Assembly (NCBI GenBank): GCA_045632845.1
Contig: JAZQXL010000012.1
Coordinates: forward strand, 13,816 to 77,815
Direction: 5' to 3'
DNA length: 64,000 nucleotides
From: Alphaproteobacteria bacterium
GTDB lineage: Bacteria > Pseudomonadota > Alphaproteobacteria > CAAHEQ01 > UBA3637
The translations under genes and the position numbers were made by a program. The notes below the pieces were generated by a model. It saw only the letters and a list, made by a program, of their open reading frames with translations, did not search any database and had not been told where the DNA came from. Every line of letters starts with the position of its first letter. Position 1 is the stretch's first letter. Shown here piece by piece: positions 21,486 through 35,730 of the stretch.

Positions 21486-22538
21486 TTATCTTACATGTAC
21501 TAAATTTGCATGAACAACTGAAATTTGCTTATTTTTTCTTAGTTGAATTGCACGTTGTGGAACCACAACAGTTTTTGCAGAAACATATCGATCAGATTCT
21601 TTAACTTTTTTCACATCTTTTGGAACACTCAATTGCTCTGAACTTATTGAAATATTTTTTGTTCCTTGATTATAAGAAAGAGAAACCCGATCACCTCCTG
21701 CAACACAAACTGTCTGCGTTAAAGAAGAATCATATGGCGCAACTAAAAAACCTTTTTTATGATTTAAAATGACAGAAAAAGCTTTTCCACCTTTTGCAAG
21801 TTGAGATGGATTATAATACACAAGATTAAGTTTGATATTTCCTCCAATTTCAGATATAGAACCCGAATACTCAGAAACAGAAACCTTCATTGAATCCGAT
21901 TGAGAGCTGCCATTCTTCATGTCAAAATAAAATCTTCGTAACTCTCCTGTTTGTGTTTTTAAATCAAGTGCAAAACCATTTTCACAAATTGCAGGAAGTG
22001 GAGATGCTGTCTTTTTCAAAGAAGGAAGAGTAAAAGATTTTGCAGTTGATACAACAGGAGCAACCCTTTCTTTTTGAGTAGGGGTAATTACATCTTTTGA
22101 CCTGACTACAGGAGGGGCAATCTGCTCATCTGAATTCACACTTACAGAAGGGGTTCTTGGTTGAGAAAAAGAATTCTGACTTCTTAGTGGATTTCCAAGT
22201 GGAGAAGGTTTTCCTCCTCTTCTTAATGGATCACCAACCCGTTCAGAAAAACTCCTCCTTTTAGGAGCTTGAACAGGTGTACCCGTTCTATCTACAGGCA
22301 AATTTGATCTATTTATTCGGTTAACAGTATCTTGCGTAGGTGGAGTAATTTTTGCATTATCAAATTTTTTACGAACATGCGCTGCCCCACCAGTTAAATG
22401 TCTTTTTTGTTCATCAGGAAGTAGATATCCCTTTTCCATCAAAAATTCTCTTGCTGCACTAAAAACAATCATACCCGCAAAACTAACTAGTCCGAAAAAA
22501 ACCATTCTATCAAACCAGCGCCAACCTTTTTTAGACAT
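21486..22538 (-). CDS. hypothetical membrane-anchored protein with a Pro/Ser-rich linker
   Basis: 350 aa. N-terminal TM helix, then a low-complexity P/S/R-rich region, then a C-terminal beta-rich domain. I do not recognise a family. Confidence 0.4.
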   Translation of the reverse strand: MSKKGWRWFDRMVFFGLVSFAGMIVFSAAREFLMEKGYLLPDEQKRHLTGGAAHVRKKFDNAKITPPTQDTVNRINRSNLPVDRTGTPVQAPKRRSFSERVGDPLRRGGKPSPLGNPLRSQNSFSQPRTPSVSVNSDEQIAPPVVRSKDVITPTQKERVAPVVSTAKSFTLPSLKKTASPLPAICENGFALDLKTQTGELRRFYFDMKNGSSQSDSMKVSVSEYSGSISEIGGNIKLNLVYYNPSQLAKGGKAFSVILNHKKGFLVAPYDSSLTQTVCVAGGDRVSLSYNQGTKNISISSEQLSVPKDVKKVKESDRYVSAKTVVVPQRAIQLRKNKQISVVHANLVHVR

Positions 22539-22633
22539 TTTGTCCTCCTTTTTCGCTATTTTTTGGATATATTTTTAAAAAAAAGAGTGGGACAATCCCA
22601 CTCTTTAGATAATCCTTGGATTATATTATACCA

Positions 22634-26227
<3,594 letters not shown>

Positions 26228-26235
<8 letters not shown>

Positions 26236-27343
26236 GCATTGGCATTAAAACAAATAATGATTCTGTATCTGCTTCATCTTGAAGAATAACAGGGGAAGTT
26301 CCATCATTTAATTTCATGCGAACACTTTCACCTTTAATTTGTCCCAAGATATCAAGTAAATATCTATAGTTAAAACCAATTTCAAGAGAATCATTATCAT
26401 AAACAGCATCCATTTCATCTTCAGCAGAACCCTCATCGGCTGAAGCGGCAAAAACTTGCAAAAGACCAGATGAAATTGCCAACTTAATCCCTCTTGATTT
26501 TTCAGAAACAACTGAAACACGTTCAATAACATTGCTTAAAGTTTTAACATCTGCTTGCAAAACTTTTTCATTGTTTGAAGGAATAACTTTTTCATATTCT
26601 GGATATGTACCATCAATTAAACGTGAAGATAAAACAACATCACCCAAAACAAATCTAATTTGATTTGCAGACAATGAAATTTCAACATCTCCATTCAATT
26701 CTGTTGCCAATTTTGAAAGTTCATTGATTGTTTTGCGAGGAATAATAACACCAGGCATACCTTGAGCACCCTCTGGCAAAGCAATCCCAGAACAAGCCAA
26801 ACGGTGACCATCTGTTGCAACTGCTGTCAAACGTGGTTCAGCCCCTGTTTTTTCATGCATATAAATACCATTCAAATTGTAACGAGTTTCCTCCATTGAA
26901 ACAGCAAAACCTGTTTTTGCAATCAATCCAACCAAATCAGAAGCAGGCATTTTAAATGAAAATGGTGTGTTTTCTTGTGCCATTGTTGGAAACCCATCTG
27001 CTGGCAAACTTGCCAAAACAAATTTTGAACGCCCAGAAACAAGACTTACTTGAGAACTTTCTTCCAAATAAGAAAGTTGAACTTGAGAACCATCAGATAA
27101 CTTTTTAACAATATCATACAACTTGTGAGCTGGAATTGTAACAGAACCCGCAGTTTCAACAGCTGCTGGGATTTTTTCTGTAATTTCAATTTCATTATCA
27201 GTTGCACGCAACAAAACTTCGTCAGAACCAGCTTCAACCAAAACATTTGAAAGAACTGGAATTGTTTGACGGCGTTCCACAACGCTTTGGATATGAGAAA
27301 GAGCTTTTAACAACATACCTCTTTCTATCGTTAATTTTATCAT
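26228..27343 (-). CDS. dnaN: DNA polymerase III beta sliding clamp
   Basis: 371 aa, three-domain clamp pattern (MIKLTIERGMLLKAL…), 8-nt overlap with recF. Confidence 0.9.
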
Positions 27344-27547
27344 TTTAAACTTCCTTTTTTTCTTAATTTTGTTAATTCAAAAACCGTTACAAAATATTAG
27401 TAAACCAGTTACTGTTACTATAGAATATTTTTTTAAAAAAAGACACAAAAAAAACACTTTTTTAAAACTTTTTTAGTATTTTTTGATAAACATCTTTTTT
27501 TTATTAAAAAAAAAGTTTATAAGGGAATAAAGATTGGAGACTAAACT

Positions 27548-29971
27548 ATGAAAAAATACGAATTATCATATCAAGAAATATACAAAGAAAGTCTTTTGAC
27601 AGACGAAGATTTAACCGATTTACCTAAGGAAAGCCCTATTTTAGGACAAGATCAAGCTTTAGAAGCTATTAATTTTGGAGCTAAAATTAAAGCAAGTGGA
27701 TACAACGTTTTTTGCACTGGCCCCAAAGGTGTTGGCAGAACCGTTTTAACCTTACATACACTTAAAGAGTATGCCGCCACACAAAAAACACCTGATGACT
27801 GGTGTTTTATCCACAACTTTGAAACACCACATCAACCAATTGCAATTAATTTTCCTGCAGGACAAGGAAAAACATTTGTTCGTGACATCAAAAAAATGGC
27901 AAATGCATTGCGTATGCATTTAAGCGCATTGTTTACAGACGAATCTTACAAAATTCAAGTTGCACACATTGAACAACAATGTGCAAAAGATAAAGAAAAC
28001 TATTTTTCGGTTTTACAAAAAGCCGTTGAAGACAAAAACGTCACATTAATGCGCGTTCCAACGGGCGTTACCGTTGCCCCTGTTAAAAAAGGCAAAATAT
28101 TAACACCAAACGCTTTCAACAAATTACCTAAAGAAGAAAGAAAAGATATTTTAGAGCAATTAAAAATCGCTCAAAAGAAATTGGAAAACACAATCAAAGA
28201 AACACCAAATTGGGATGCAGAAATGCAAATGCATTTGGAACAACTGCATGTTGATATGGCTTCAAAAGTTTTAAATTCAATTATCAATCCAATTAAAAAG
28301 AATTATTTGAGAAATAACACCATTCAAATTTATCTTGAATCGATTCGTGTTGATATTTTGGATAACATTGCATTATTTGCCGCTCAAGCAACCGAAGCAA
28401 ATGTTGAAATGATTTTAGAACAAATCAATGAATTATGGGGCCGTTATGCAGTCAATCACTTTGTTTCTCACAAACCAGATTCTGGTGCTCCAGTTATTCA
28501 CTTAAACCACCCAACTTTATCAAATCTTGTTGGTAGAATTGAAAGACAACAACACTTAGGTTCTTTAACAACAGACTTTTCACTTATTCGTCCTGGTGCA
28601 CTGCACTTGGCAAATGGGGGATTTCTTGTTATCGAAGCAAGAGAATTACTTTCAAATGAACATACATGGAATGCATTAAAGAGAGCTTTATTTTCAAAAC
28701 AAATTAAAATCGAATCTGGCACAGATGACAACTCTGTTTTCACAATTGTGTCATTAACACCAGCAATTATTCCATTATCCATTAAAGTTGTTTTAATTGG
28801 TGAAGCTGAATTATATTATTTGCTCATGGATAGAGATGATGAATTTGGTGAATTATTTAAAATCCAATCTCGCTTTGCTGAAAAATTAGAACGCACAAAA
28901 GAAAATGAAAAAATTTACGCTCAAATTTTAACAAACCTTGCACGTAACGAAAAATTAAAACCTTTTTCACCAAATGCAATGCGTCGAATTTTGGAATACA
29001 CTTCTAGATTAGCTGGTGATAACACCTATTTAAGCACGTTTATGACCCACGTAAATGACTTAATGCGTGAAGCAAACTTTTTTGCTGTTCAATCTCGTGC
29101 AAAAACAGTTGAAGTTTCACACATCAACAAAGCTCTTGAAGCAAAACGTGTTCGCTCTGGATATATGCAAAAAGAGATGATGGAAATGATCAAAAAAGGA
29201 ACCATCTCCATTTCCACTTCAGGCAAAAATATTGGTCAACTAAATGCTCTTGTTGTGCATGATTATGGCTCCTTCTCATTCGGTCGACCCAACAAAGTAA
29301 CATGCCAAGTCAGATTAGGTCACGGAGACTTAATCGACGTTGAAAGAGAAGCTGAATTAGGTGGTGCACTTCACTCAAAAGGTGTTCTCATCTTATCATC
29401 CTTTTTAGCAAGTAGATTTTCAAAAGGAGAACCTCTTTCATTAGATGCTTCTTTGGTTTTTGAACAATCTTATTCCGAATTAGATGGCGACTCTGCTTCA
29501 TCAACAGAATTATACTGTTTGCTTTCTGCAGTTGGTGATATTCCTCTTAATCAATCAATTGCCGCAACAGGATCTGTAAACCAACTGGGTCATATCCAAG
29601 CAGTTGGCGCTGTTAATGAAAAAATCGAAGGCTACTTTACCGTTTGCAAACAAAAAGGATTAACAGGCGAACAAGGTGTTATCATTCCAAGATCAATTGT
29701 TCACAACTTAATGTTAAAACCAGAAGTTGTTGCAGCTGTCAAAGAAAACAAATTCCACATTTATGCTGTAAACACAGTCGATGAAGGAATGGAAATTTTG
29801 ACCGGCTTATCTGCAGGAACACCCAATAAAGATGGACAATTCCCTGCAAAATCCATCAATGGAATTATTGCAAAAAGGTTAAATGACTTCTTTAAAAAAT
29901 CACAAGAAGCAGAGCAAACCTCAAAGCAATTAAAGAAAACAAATAAAACAACCAAAAAAGGGCGAAGATAA
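27548..29971 (+). CDS. Lon-like ATP-dependent protease (AAA+ plus C-terminal S16 Lon protease domain; YcbZ/LonB-like family)
   Basis: 807 aa. P-loop GPKGVGRT. C-terminal Lon proteolytic domain (…DGDSASSTELYCLLSAVGDIPLNQSIAATGSVNQLGHIQAVGAVNEKIEG…). It lacks the N-terminal domain of canonical Lon. Confidence 0.7.
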   Translation: MKKYELSYQEIYKESLLTDEDLTDLPKESPILGQDQALEAINFGAKIKASGYNVFCTGPKGVGRTVLTLHTLKEYAATQKTPDDWCFIHNFETPHQPIAINFPAGQGKTFVRDIKKMANALRMHLSALFTDESYKIQVAHIEQQCAKDKENYFSVLQKAVEDKNVTLMRVPTGVTVAPVKKGKILTPNAFNKLPKEERKDILEQLKIAQKKLENTIKETPNWDAEMQMHLEQLHVDMASKVLNSIINPIKKNYLRNNTIQIYLESIRVDILDNIALFAAQATEANVEMILEQINELWGRYAVNHFVSHKPDSGAPVIHLNHPTLSNLVGRIERQQHLGSLTTDFSLIRPGALHLANGGFLVIEARELLSNEHTWNALKRALFSKQIKIESGTDDNSVFTIVSLTPAIIPLSIKVVLIGEAELYYLLMDRDDEFGELFKIQSRFAEKLERTKENEKIYAQILTNLARNEKLKPFSPNAMRRILEYTSRLAGDNTYLSTFMTHVNDLMREANFFAVQSRAKTVEVSHINKALEAKRVRSGYMQKEMMEMIKKGTISISTSGKNIGQLNALVVHDYGSFSFGRPNKVTCQVRLGHGDLIDVEREAELGGALHSKGVLILSSFLASRFSKGEPLSLDASLVFEQSYSELDGDSASSTELYCLLSAVGDIPLNQSIAATGSVNQLGHIQAVGAVNEKIEGYFTVCKQKGLTGEQGVIIPRSIVHNLMLKPEVVAAVKENKFHIYAVNTVDEGMEILTGLSAGTPNKDGQFPAKSINGIIAKRLNDFFKKSQEAEQTSKQLKKTNKTTKKGRR

Positions 29972-29984
29972 TTCGCCCTCTTTT

Positions 29985-31637
29985 TTATTCTCTACCCATT
30001 AAAGAAGCAACAAATGCTTTTGGTAAAAGGCGTTTTTGCTGTTTAGTCATTGGTGCTAAAATATCAACACCATTTTCATCCACACATTTTGCAATGCATC
30101 TTTTTAACGTATCCATAATCTTGATTGATTCTGGTGTTTTTTGTTTTTTTGCCACAGCATATTGACGCAAAATAAGATTCATATCTTCTTTTTTAAATGG
30201 TAAAAAATGACTACTTTTTAAAATATTATCCATTAAATTTACAGCTTCTGGAACTTTTCTAATAAACAACAAAATACTTTTAAACGTTCTGCGTTTTATA
30301 CTGTTCGCAAGTTGATAACTTTCAAAAGTTGGCAACTGAACAGTCATCAATCTATCCCACAACAATGTTGCTATTTCCAAATTTCTCATTTTAAGAGCAA
30401 TTAGAATGGGGTTTTCTTTTTTAGCATTAAAACTTTGAAACCAAAAAACTTCATTTCTCGTAATTAAATCCACCATTGCTGTATCATTGTTTTGAATAGC
30501 CAAATGAATTAAAAAATCACCACTTTTATTTTTAAAAGGCAAAACTTTTTGGCCATTTTTTAACAACTCTTGAAAACTTGTTACATCTTTTTGACGCACC
30601 AAATTTTCTTGTCTTAAAAAATCTTTTTTGTACTCTAAATTTCTTTTTTTATACTCAAGGAGTATACGCTCTCCTTCGTTCAAACGAGCAGCTATTTCTT
30701 TTTTGTTTGAAAACAACTTCAAAAGTTGTTTAAAATTCTTTTTTCCCAAAGCCTGAAGCTGATTTGCCACATATTCACAAATAAATTGTGTTACAAATTT
30801 ACCTTCATCCGTTTTTTCAAAATCAGTAGAATAATCATAAAAATATCCACGATAATGGTGATCATCCATTTCAATTGAGAGTAATTTTTCAGCACACAAA
30901 ACACGTTCATTTTCATTCAAAAGAACTAATGCAGGTTTATCTTCTCTTCTTTTTTTGGTGTTAATAAACGCATGAAAATTTGTATGTTTCCAATTTCTTT
31001 CTTGCTGCTTATCAGAATATGAAACAACATGTAAAACAGTTGATTTACTTGCTTGCATTGGAAACCTACTCGCACATGCAACAACTTTAAACGCTTTGCA
31101 AATTTTTAATCTATCCTTAAGAGGACATTTCATTTTTTTTAATTGTTGCTCAAGCAATTTTGCCATTTCATACGAAACAAAACCACCATAGCAATAACCA
31201 ACCAAAATCAACCGATTTAATTTATCACAAATTTCTTTAGTTGATTTTAGTTTTTTATTTTCATCAACTAAAAGAGGTAAAAAAAACTGATTAAAAAATG
31301 GTTTAAAATCAGGCGAAGGGGGTAATTCTTCTTTTGGCAAAGAGCTTTTAACATCCAAAAGAACACCTGCTTCTTTCAAACTTTTAATACGATGTGTTGG
31401 AACACCATGATCATCATAATAAGCACAAAGAACCTCTGTGTTCTTTGGCATCAAATCACCCATACTGTCACAAAAACGCTTGATACACCCATTTGCTGAT
31501 TTTGGCTTATCAACTGTTCCGCCCGGCATAATCAAAACAACATTTCCATTTTCAGGAAATTTAAAATCTGAAATGTCTCTCCAATGTGTTTGGGCGACTG
31601 ACAAATCTCTTGTCCCTAAAGAAACATTTTCGATCAT
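29985..31637 (-). CDS. hypothetical protein with alpha/beta-hydrolase-like N-terminal region and ankyrin-like repeats
   Basis: 550 aa. GYCYGG resembles a GxSxG nucleophile elbow with Cys in place of Ser. The C-terminal third has ANK-like repeats (GDFLIHLAIQNNDTAMVDLI...NPILIALKMRNLEIATLL). No signal peptide. Confidence 0.4.
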   Translation of the reverse strand: MIENVSLGTRDLSVAQTHWRDISDFKFPENGNVVLIMPGGTVDKPKSANGCIKRFCDSMGDLMPKNTEVLCAYYDDHGVPTHRIKSLKEAGVLLDVKSSLPKEELPPSPDFKPFFNQFFLPLLVDENKKLKSTKEICDKLNRLILVGYCYGGFVSYEMAKLLEQQLKKMKCPLKDRLKICKAFKVVACASRFPMQASKSTVLHVVSYSDKQQERNWKHTNFHAFINTKKRREDKPALVLLNENERVLCAEKLLSIEMDDHHYRGYFYDYSTDFEKTDEGKFVTQFICEYVANQLQALGKKNFKQLLKLFSNKKEIAARLNEGERILLEYKKRNLEYKKDFLRQENLVRQKDVTSFQELLKNGQKVLPFKNKSGDFLIHLAIQNNDTAMVDLITRNEVFWFQSFNAKKENPILIALKMRNLEIATLLWDRLMTVQLPTFESYQLANSIKRRTFKSILLFIRKVPEAVNLMDNILKSSHFLPFKKEDMNLILRQYAVAKKQKTPESIKIMDTLKRCIAKCVDENGVDILAPMTKQQKRLLPKAFVASLMGRE

Positions 31638-31655
31638 TTGAAACGACCTTTATAC

Positions 31656-32792
31656 CTAAATGTTATCCCATATTTTTTTGATTTGAGAAAGAAAATCTGT
31701 GCATGCTTCTTGCGTATCTTCTTTTGATTCTGCAGCAAATTCTTTCAACAATTCTTTTTGTCGTTGAGTCAAATGCTTTGGTGTTTCAACTTTTAATGTT
31801 ACAAACAAATCCCCAAAAGATCCACTTTTCAAAACAGGCATACCCTTTCCTTTCATCTTAACCTGATGACCACTTTGGGTCCCTGCTTTGATTTCCAACT
31901 TTTCTGTTTTTCCAGTCATTAATGGAACATCAACTGTACCACCAAGAGCTGCAACAGTCATTGGAACGGGCACTTCACAGTACAAATTTGATCCTTCTCT
32001 TTCAAAAATTTCGTGTTTTTTAACTGTTAAAAAGACATATAAATCCCCAGGTTGCCCACCATGCAAACCAACATGTCCTTCATTTGGCAAACGCATGCGA
32101 ATTCCCGTGTCAACCCCTTTTGGAATATTAACCTCAAGTGTTCTTTTTTTGCGAATACGACCCGTTCCTTTACATTTTGAACAAGGGTCTTTAACCGTTT
32201 TTCCCGTTCCATGACAAGTTGGACAATCTGTATCAACAACAAAAAAACCTTGTCTTTGGCGAACACGACCATACCCTGCACAAGTTTCACATTGCTCTAA
32301 ACTCTTACCGCCTTTACCAGAACATTCTTCGCAAGCAACATAAGTTTCAATATCAATTGATTTTTTAAGACCATCATAAGCTTCTTGCAATGTGATGTTT
32401 AAATCATATCTTAAATCAGAACCTCTGTTTTGGCTTGCTTCCCCTCTTGAAGATTGTGCTCCACGTGTAAAACCACTGAACATTTCTTCAAAAATACTTT
32501 CAAAACCTGTACCAGAAAAATCAAAGCCACCAAAACCACCTGTACCACCAGATTGGCCCATTCCACTTGTATATGCTTGATGACCATATCGATCATAGGC
32601 TGCTCTTTTTTGATCATCTTTTAAAACTTCATATGCTTCATTTATTTCTTTAAATTTTGTTTCAGCAGCTGCATCCCCAGGATGATAATCTGGATGACAT
32701 TCTTTTGCTTTAACACGAAAAGCTCTTTTAATTTCATCAAATGAAGCGGTTTTAGAAACACCTAATAAGTCGTAATAATTTTGATTTGTCAC
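31656..32792 (-). CDS. dnaJ: chaperone DnaJ
   Basis: J-domain with HPD, G/F-rich region and four CxxCxGxG zinc-finger repeats. Confidence 0.9.
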   Translation of the reverse strand: MTNQNYYDLLGVSKTASFDEIKRAFRVKAKECHPDYHPGDAAAETKFKEINEAYEVLKDDQKRAAYDRYGHQAYTSGMGQSGGTGGFGGFDFSGTGFESIFEEMFSGFTRGAQSSRGEASQNRGSDLRYDLNITLQEAYDGLKKSIDIETYVACEECSGKGGKSLEQCETCAGYGRVRQRQGFFVVDTDCPTCHGTGKTVKDPCSKCKGTGRIRKKRTLEVNIPKGVDTGIRMRLPNEGHVGLHGGQPGDLYVFLTVKKHEIFEREGSNLYCEVPVPMTVAALGGTVDVPLMTGKTEKLEIKAGTQSGHQVKMKGKGMPVLKSGSFGDLFVTLKVETPKHLTQRQKELLKEFAAESKEDTQEACTDFLSQIKKIWDNI

Positions 32793-32944
32793 ACTAATAC
32801 CCTTGTTTTTTCATAAAAATTGTTTTTTGTAAGCATATCATTTTATGTTAACTTTTGCAAGCAGAACCTATGTCTATTTTAATTAAAAGAGGTATTGAAC
32901 ATTTCAGTTCAATACCCCCTTTTTTTGATACATTGAAGAAAAAA

Positions 32945-34843
32945 TTATTTTTTAACTTCTTCAAAATCAGCATCAACAACTGTATCGTCAGCTTTTGAAG
33001 ATGTATCTTCTGTTCCTTGAGCAGAACCTGCATCAGCTTGTTGTTGCTTATACATTGCTTCACCCAATTTTAATGAAGCTTGTGTCAAAGCATTTGTTTT
33101 GTCTTTAATGCGTTCTGCATCATTACTATCCAAAACATCTTTTAATTCTTGAACAGCTTTTTCAATTGTTTCTTTATCTGAAGCTGGGATTTTATCACCA
33201 TTTTCTTTCAAAAGTTTTTCTGTTTCATGAATTAAAGCATCTGCATGATTGCGAGCTTCAATTGCTTCTTTGATTTTTTTATCTTCTTCAGCGTGTTGTT
33301 CTGCTTCTTTAATCATTTTTTCAATATCATCATCTTTCAAACCACCAGAAGCTTGAATTCGAATGTTTTGCTCTTTACCTGTTGCTTTATCTTTTGCAGA
33401 AACATTTACAATACCATTTGCGTCAATGTCAAAAGTCACTTCGATTTGAGGCATGCCGCGTGGTGCTGGTGGAATACCGATCAAATCAAATTGACCAAGC
33501 AATTTATTATCGCGAGCCATTTCACGTTCCCCTTGGTGAACGCGAATTGTCACAGCTGTTTGACCATCTTCAGCAGTTGAGAAGACTTGACTTTTCTTTG
33601 TTGGAATTGTTGTATTTCTGTCAATCAAACGTGTGAACACACCACCTAATGTTTCAATACCCAATGACAATGGTGTAACGTCAAGTAATAAAACATCTTT
33701 TACATCACCTTTTAACACACCACCTTGAATAGCTGCACCCATTGCAACAACTTCATCTGGGTTAACACCTTTGTGTGGTTCTTTGCCAAAGAATTCTTTA
33801 ACAATTTCTTGAACTTTTGGCATACGTGTCATACCACCAACCAAAATAACTTCATCAATTTGTGAACATGTAAGACCCGCATCTTTCAATGCTTTTTCCA
33901 TAGGGCCTTTTGTTCTTGCAAGCAAATCTTCAACCAAGCTTTCTAATTTTGCACGTGTCAAAACAACATTCAAGTGTTTTGGACCAGTTGCATCTGCTGT
34001 AATAAATGGCAAGTTGATATCTGTTTGTGTTGCTGAAGAAAGTTCAATTTTTGCTTTTTCTGCAGCTTCTTTCAAACGTTGAAGCGCCATTCTATCTTTG
34101 CGTAAATCGATACCATTTTCTTTTTGGAATTCATCAGCTAAGAAATCCATGATACGTGCGTCAAAGTCTTCACCGCCCAAGAATGTATCACCATTTGTAG
34201 CTTTAACTTCAAAAACACCATCACCAATTACTAAAATAGAAACGACAAAAGTACCACCACCTAAGTCATAAACAGCGATCATACCTGATTTCTTTTGATC
34301 CATACCATAAGCAAGAGCTGCTGCTGTTGGCTCATTGATAATTCTTAAAACTTCAAGACCTGCAATTTTACCAGCATCTTTTGTTGCTTGACGTTGTGAA
34401 TCATCAAAATATGCAGGAACAGTAATAATTGCTTGTGTAATTTTTTCACCCAAATAGCTTTCAGCATCTTCTTTTAATTTTTGCAAAACAAATGCTGAAA
34501 CTTGACTTGGTGCATATTTTTTATCATTAACATCAACCCAAGCATCTCCATTTTCACCTTCAACGATTTTATATGGAACCAAACCTTTATCTCTTTCAAC
34601 CATTTTATCATTGAAACGACGGCCAATCAAACGTTTGATTGAGAAAAGAGTACCACCAGGATTTGTAACAGCTTGACGTTTTGCAGCTTGACCAACTAAA
34701 CGTTCACCTTTAGATGTAAATGCAACCATTGATGGGGTAGTTCTTGCCCCTTCTCTATTTTCCAACACCTTACCATCTTTGCCATCCATAATAGCCATAC
34801 AGGAGTTGGTTGTACCTAAGTCAATTCCTAATATTTTAGACAT
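32945..34843 (-). CDS. dnaK: chaperone DnaK (Hsp70)
   Basis: 632 aa with Hsp70 signatures [16 protein letters not shown] and [11 protein letters not shown]. Confidence 0.95.
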   Translation of the reverse strand: MSKILGIDLGTTNSCMAIMDGKDGKVLENREGARTTPSMVAFTSKGERLVGQAAKRQAVTNPGGTLFSIKRLIGRRFNDKMVERDKGLVPYKIVEGENGDAWVDVNDKKYAPSQVSAFVLQKLKEDAESYLGEKITQAIITVPAYFDDSQRQATKDAGKIAGLEVLRIINEPTAAALAYGMDQKKSGMIAVYDLGGGTFVVSILVIGDGVFEVKATNGDTFLGGEDFDARIMDFLADEFQKENGIDLRKDRMALQRLKEAAEKAKIELSSATQTDINLPFITADATGPKHLNVVLTRAKLESLVEDLLARTKGPMEKALKDAGLTCSQIDEVILVGGMTRMPKVQEIVKEFFGKEPHKGVNPDEVVAMGAAIQGGVLKGDVKDVLLLDVTPLSLGIETLGGVFTRLIDRNTTIPTKKSQVFSTAEDGQTAVTIRVHQGEREMARDNKLLGQFDLIGIPPAPRGMPQIEVTFDIDANGIVNVSAKDKATGKEQNIRIQASGGLKDDDIEKMIKEAEQHAEEDKKIKEAIEARNHADALIHETEKLLKENGDKIPASDKETIEKAVQELKDVLDSNDAERIKDKTNALTQASLKLGEAMYKQQQADAGSAQGTEDTSSKADDTVVDADFEEVKK

Positions 34844-34884
34844 TTATGTTCTCCTTTTATAATAATTATTTTTTTGATGAAAGT

Positions 34885-34912
34885 TATATAGGTCATAACA
34901 TTGTATTTTTCA
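34885..34912 (-). promoter_or_regulatory. sigma32 (RpoH)-type heat-shock promoter upstream of dnaK
   Basis: The minus strand reads gTTGAAA-N15-CCTATAT, matching the alphaproteobacterial sigma32 consensus CTTGAAA-N13-17-CCCCATAT. It lies about 45-70 nt upstream of the dnaK start. Confidence 0.45.
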
Positions 34913-35051
34913 ACCCTCTTTTTTTATTTTTTTTGTCTTTTTTTCTAAAAAGAAATTAATTTTAATAAACTATTGCAAAACACTTGAATAAAAAAAAGAA
35001 TGTGATATAGTCTTTTTAAAGAAATATTGTTAATTAAATAAAGGTTCTAAA

Positions 35052-35345
35052 ATGACAACACCTCTGTCAAGAAACTGGTTTTTCCCTTTTATTTGCCTGT
35101 GGATAACTTTATACTTTGTTTACCATGGTATTGAAGGCAATCACGGCATTCAAAGAATGAAGCAAGTTCAAGAAGAAATCAAAATGGCAACCAATATTTC
35201 TGATAAACTCAAAAAAGAAAAAGAACTTCTCCAAGCAAAAGTGAACGCTTTATCCCCAAAATCTCTTGATTTAGATCAATTAGAAGAATCTGCTTTAAGG
35301 ATTTTGAATATGGGGGATAAAAACGCCCGTATTATTTTTAAATAG
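35052..35345 (+). CDS. ftsB: septum formation initiator FtsB/DivIC-like protein
   Basis: 97 aa: a single N-terminal TM helix followed by a coiled coil (…QVQEEIKMATNISDKLKKEKELLQAKVNAL…). Confidence 0.6.
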   Translation: MTTPLSRNWFFPFICLWITLYFVYHGIEGNHGIQRMKQVQEEIKMATNISDKLKKEKELLQAKVNALSPKSLDLDQLEESALRILNMGDKNARIIFK

Positions 35346-35730
35346 AACGCGATTTCTTTAGCATTGACATTCTTTGAATATCTTTCAGCAATGCTTGTTC
35401 TTTTAAAGAAAAACCTATCATTTCTTGATTATTGCTATAAACTTGATTCATAAAATTCAGAACCAACTCTTTATTTTGGCTCACAATATTTTCATACCCA
35501 GGGAAAACAACCAAATGACGTGTCTTGTCAATTTCCCATTGTTTTGTTTTTTGATTAAACAAAACATCCCCTAAACAAGAAACACTTTTAGGATCAAATT
35601 TATAATGTTTAATAAATAAGGAGTGAGTCATTTCTCCTGAAAAATTTGGATGCGATTGAAATTGGTGCCAAACCCGAACCGAAAAATCTTTCACTTTCGG
35701 ATGATTGTTATAAAAAACTATAAATCTCAT
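35338..35730 (-). CDS. hypothetical protein
   Basis: 130-aa ORF that overlaps ampG by 4 nt and is co-oriented with it. I do not recognise a family. Confidence 0.35.
   Translation of the reverse strand: MRFIVFYNNHPKVKDFSVRVWHQFQSHPNFSGEMTHSLFIKHYKFDPKSVSCLGDVLFNQKTKQWEIDKTRHLVVFPGYENIVSQNKELVLNFMNQVYSNNQEMIGFSLKEQALLKDIQRMSMLKKSRSI

Noticed and set aside
27548-29971. Lon-like protease as BrxL of a BREX defence system
   Set aside because: No pglX/brxX methyltransferase, pglZ, brxA/B/C or other BREX partner is nearby. Flanking genes are housekeeping (dnaN on one side, an ANK protein on the other). It is more likely a stand-alone Lon-like AAA+ protease.
34985-35012. Second sigma32-like promoter on the plus strand (CTTGAAT-N16-ATATAG) upstream of ftsB
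   Set aside because: The -10 element matches CCCCATNT poorly. I judged it likely to be chance in AT-rich DNA.
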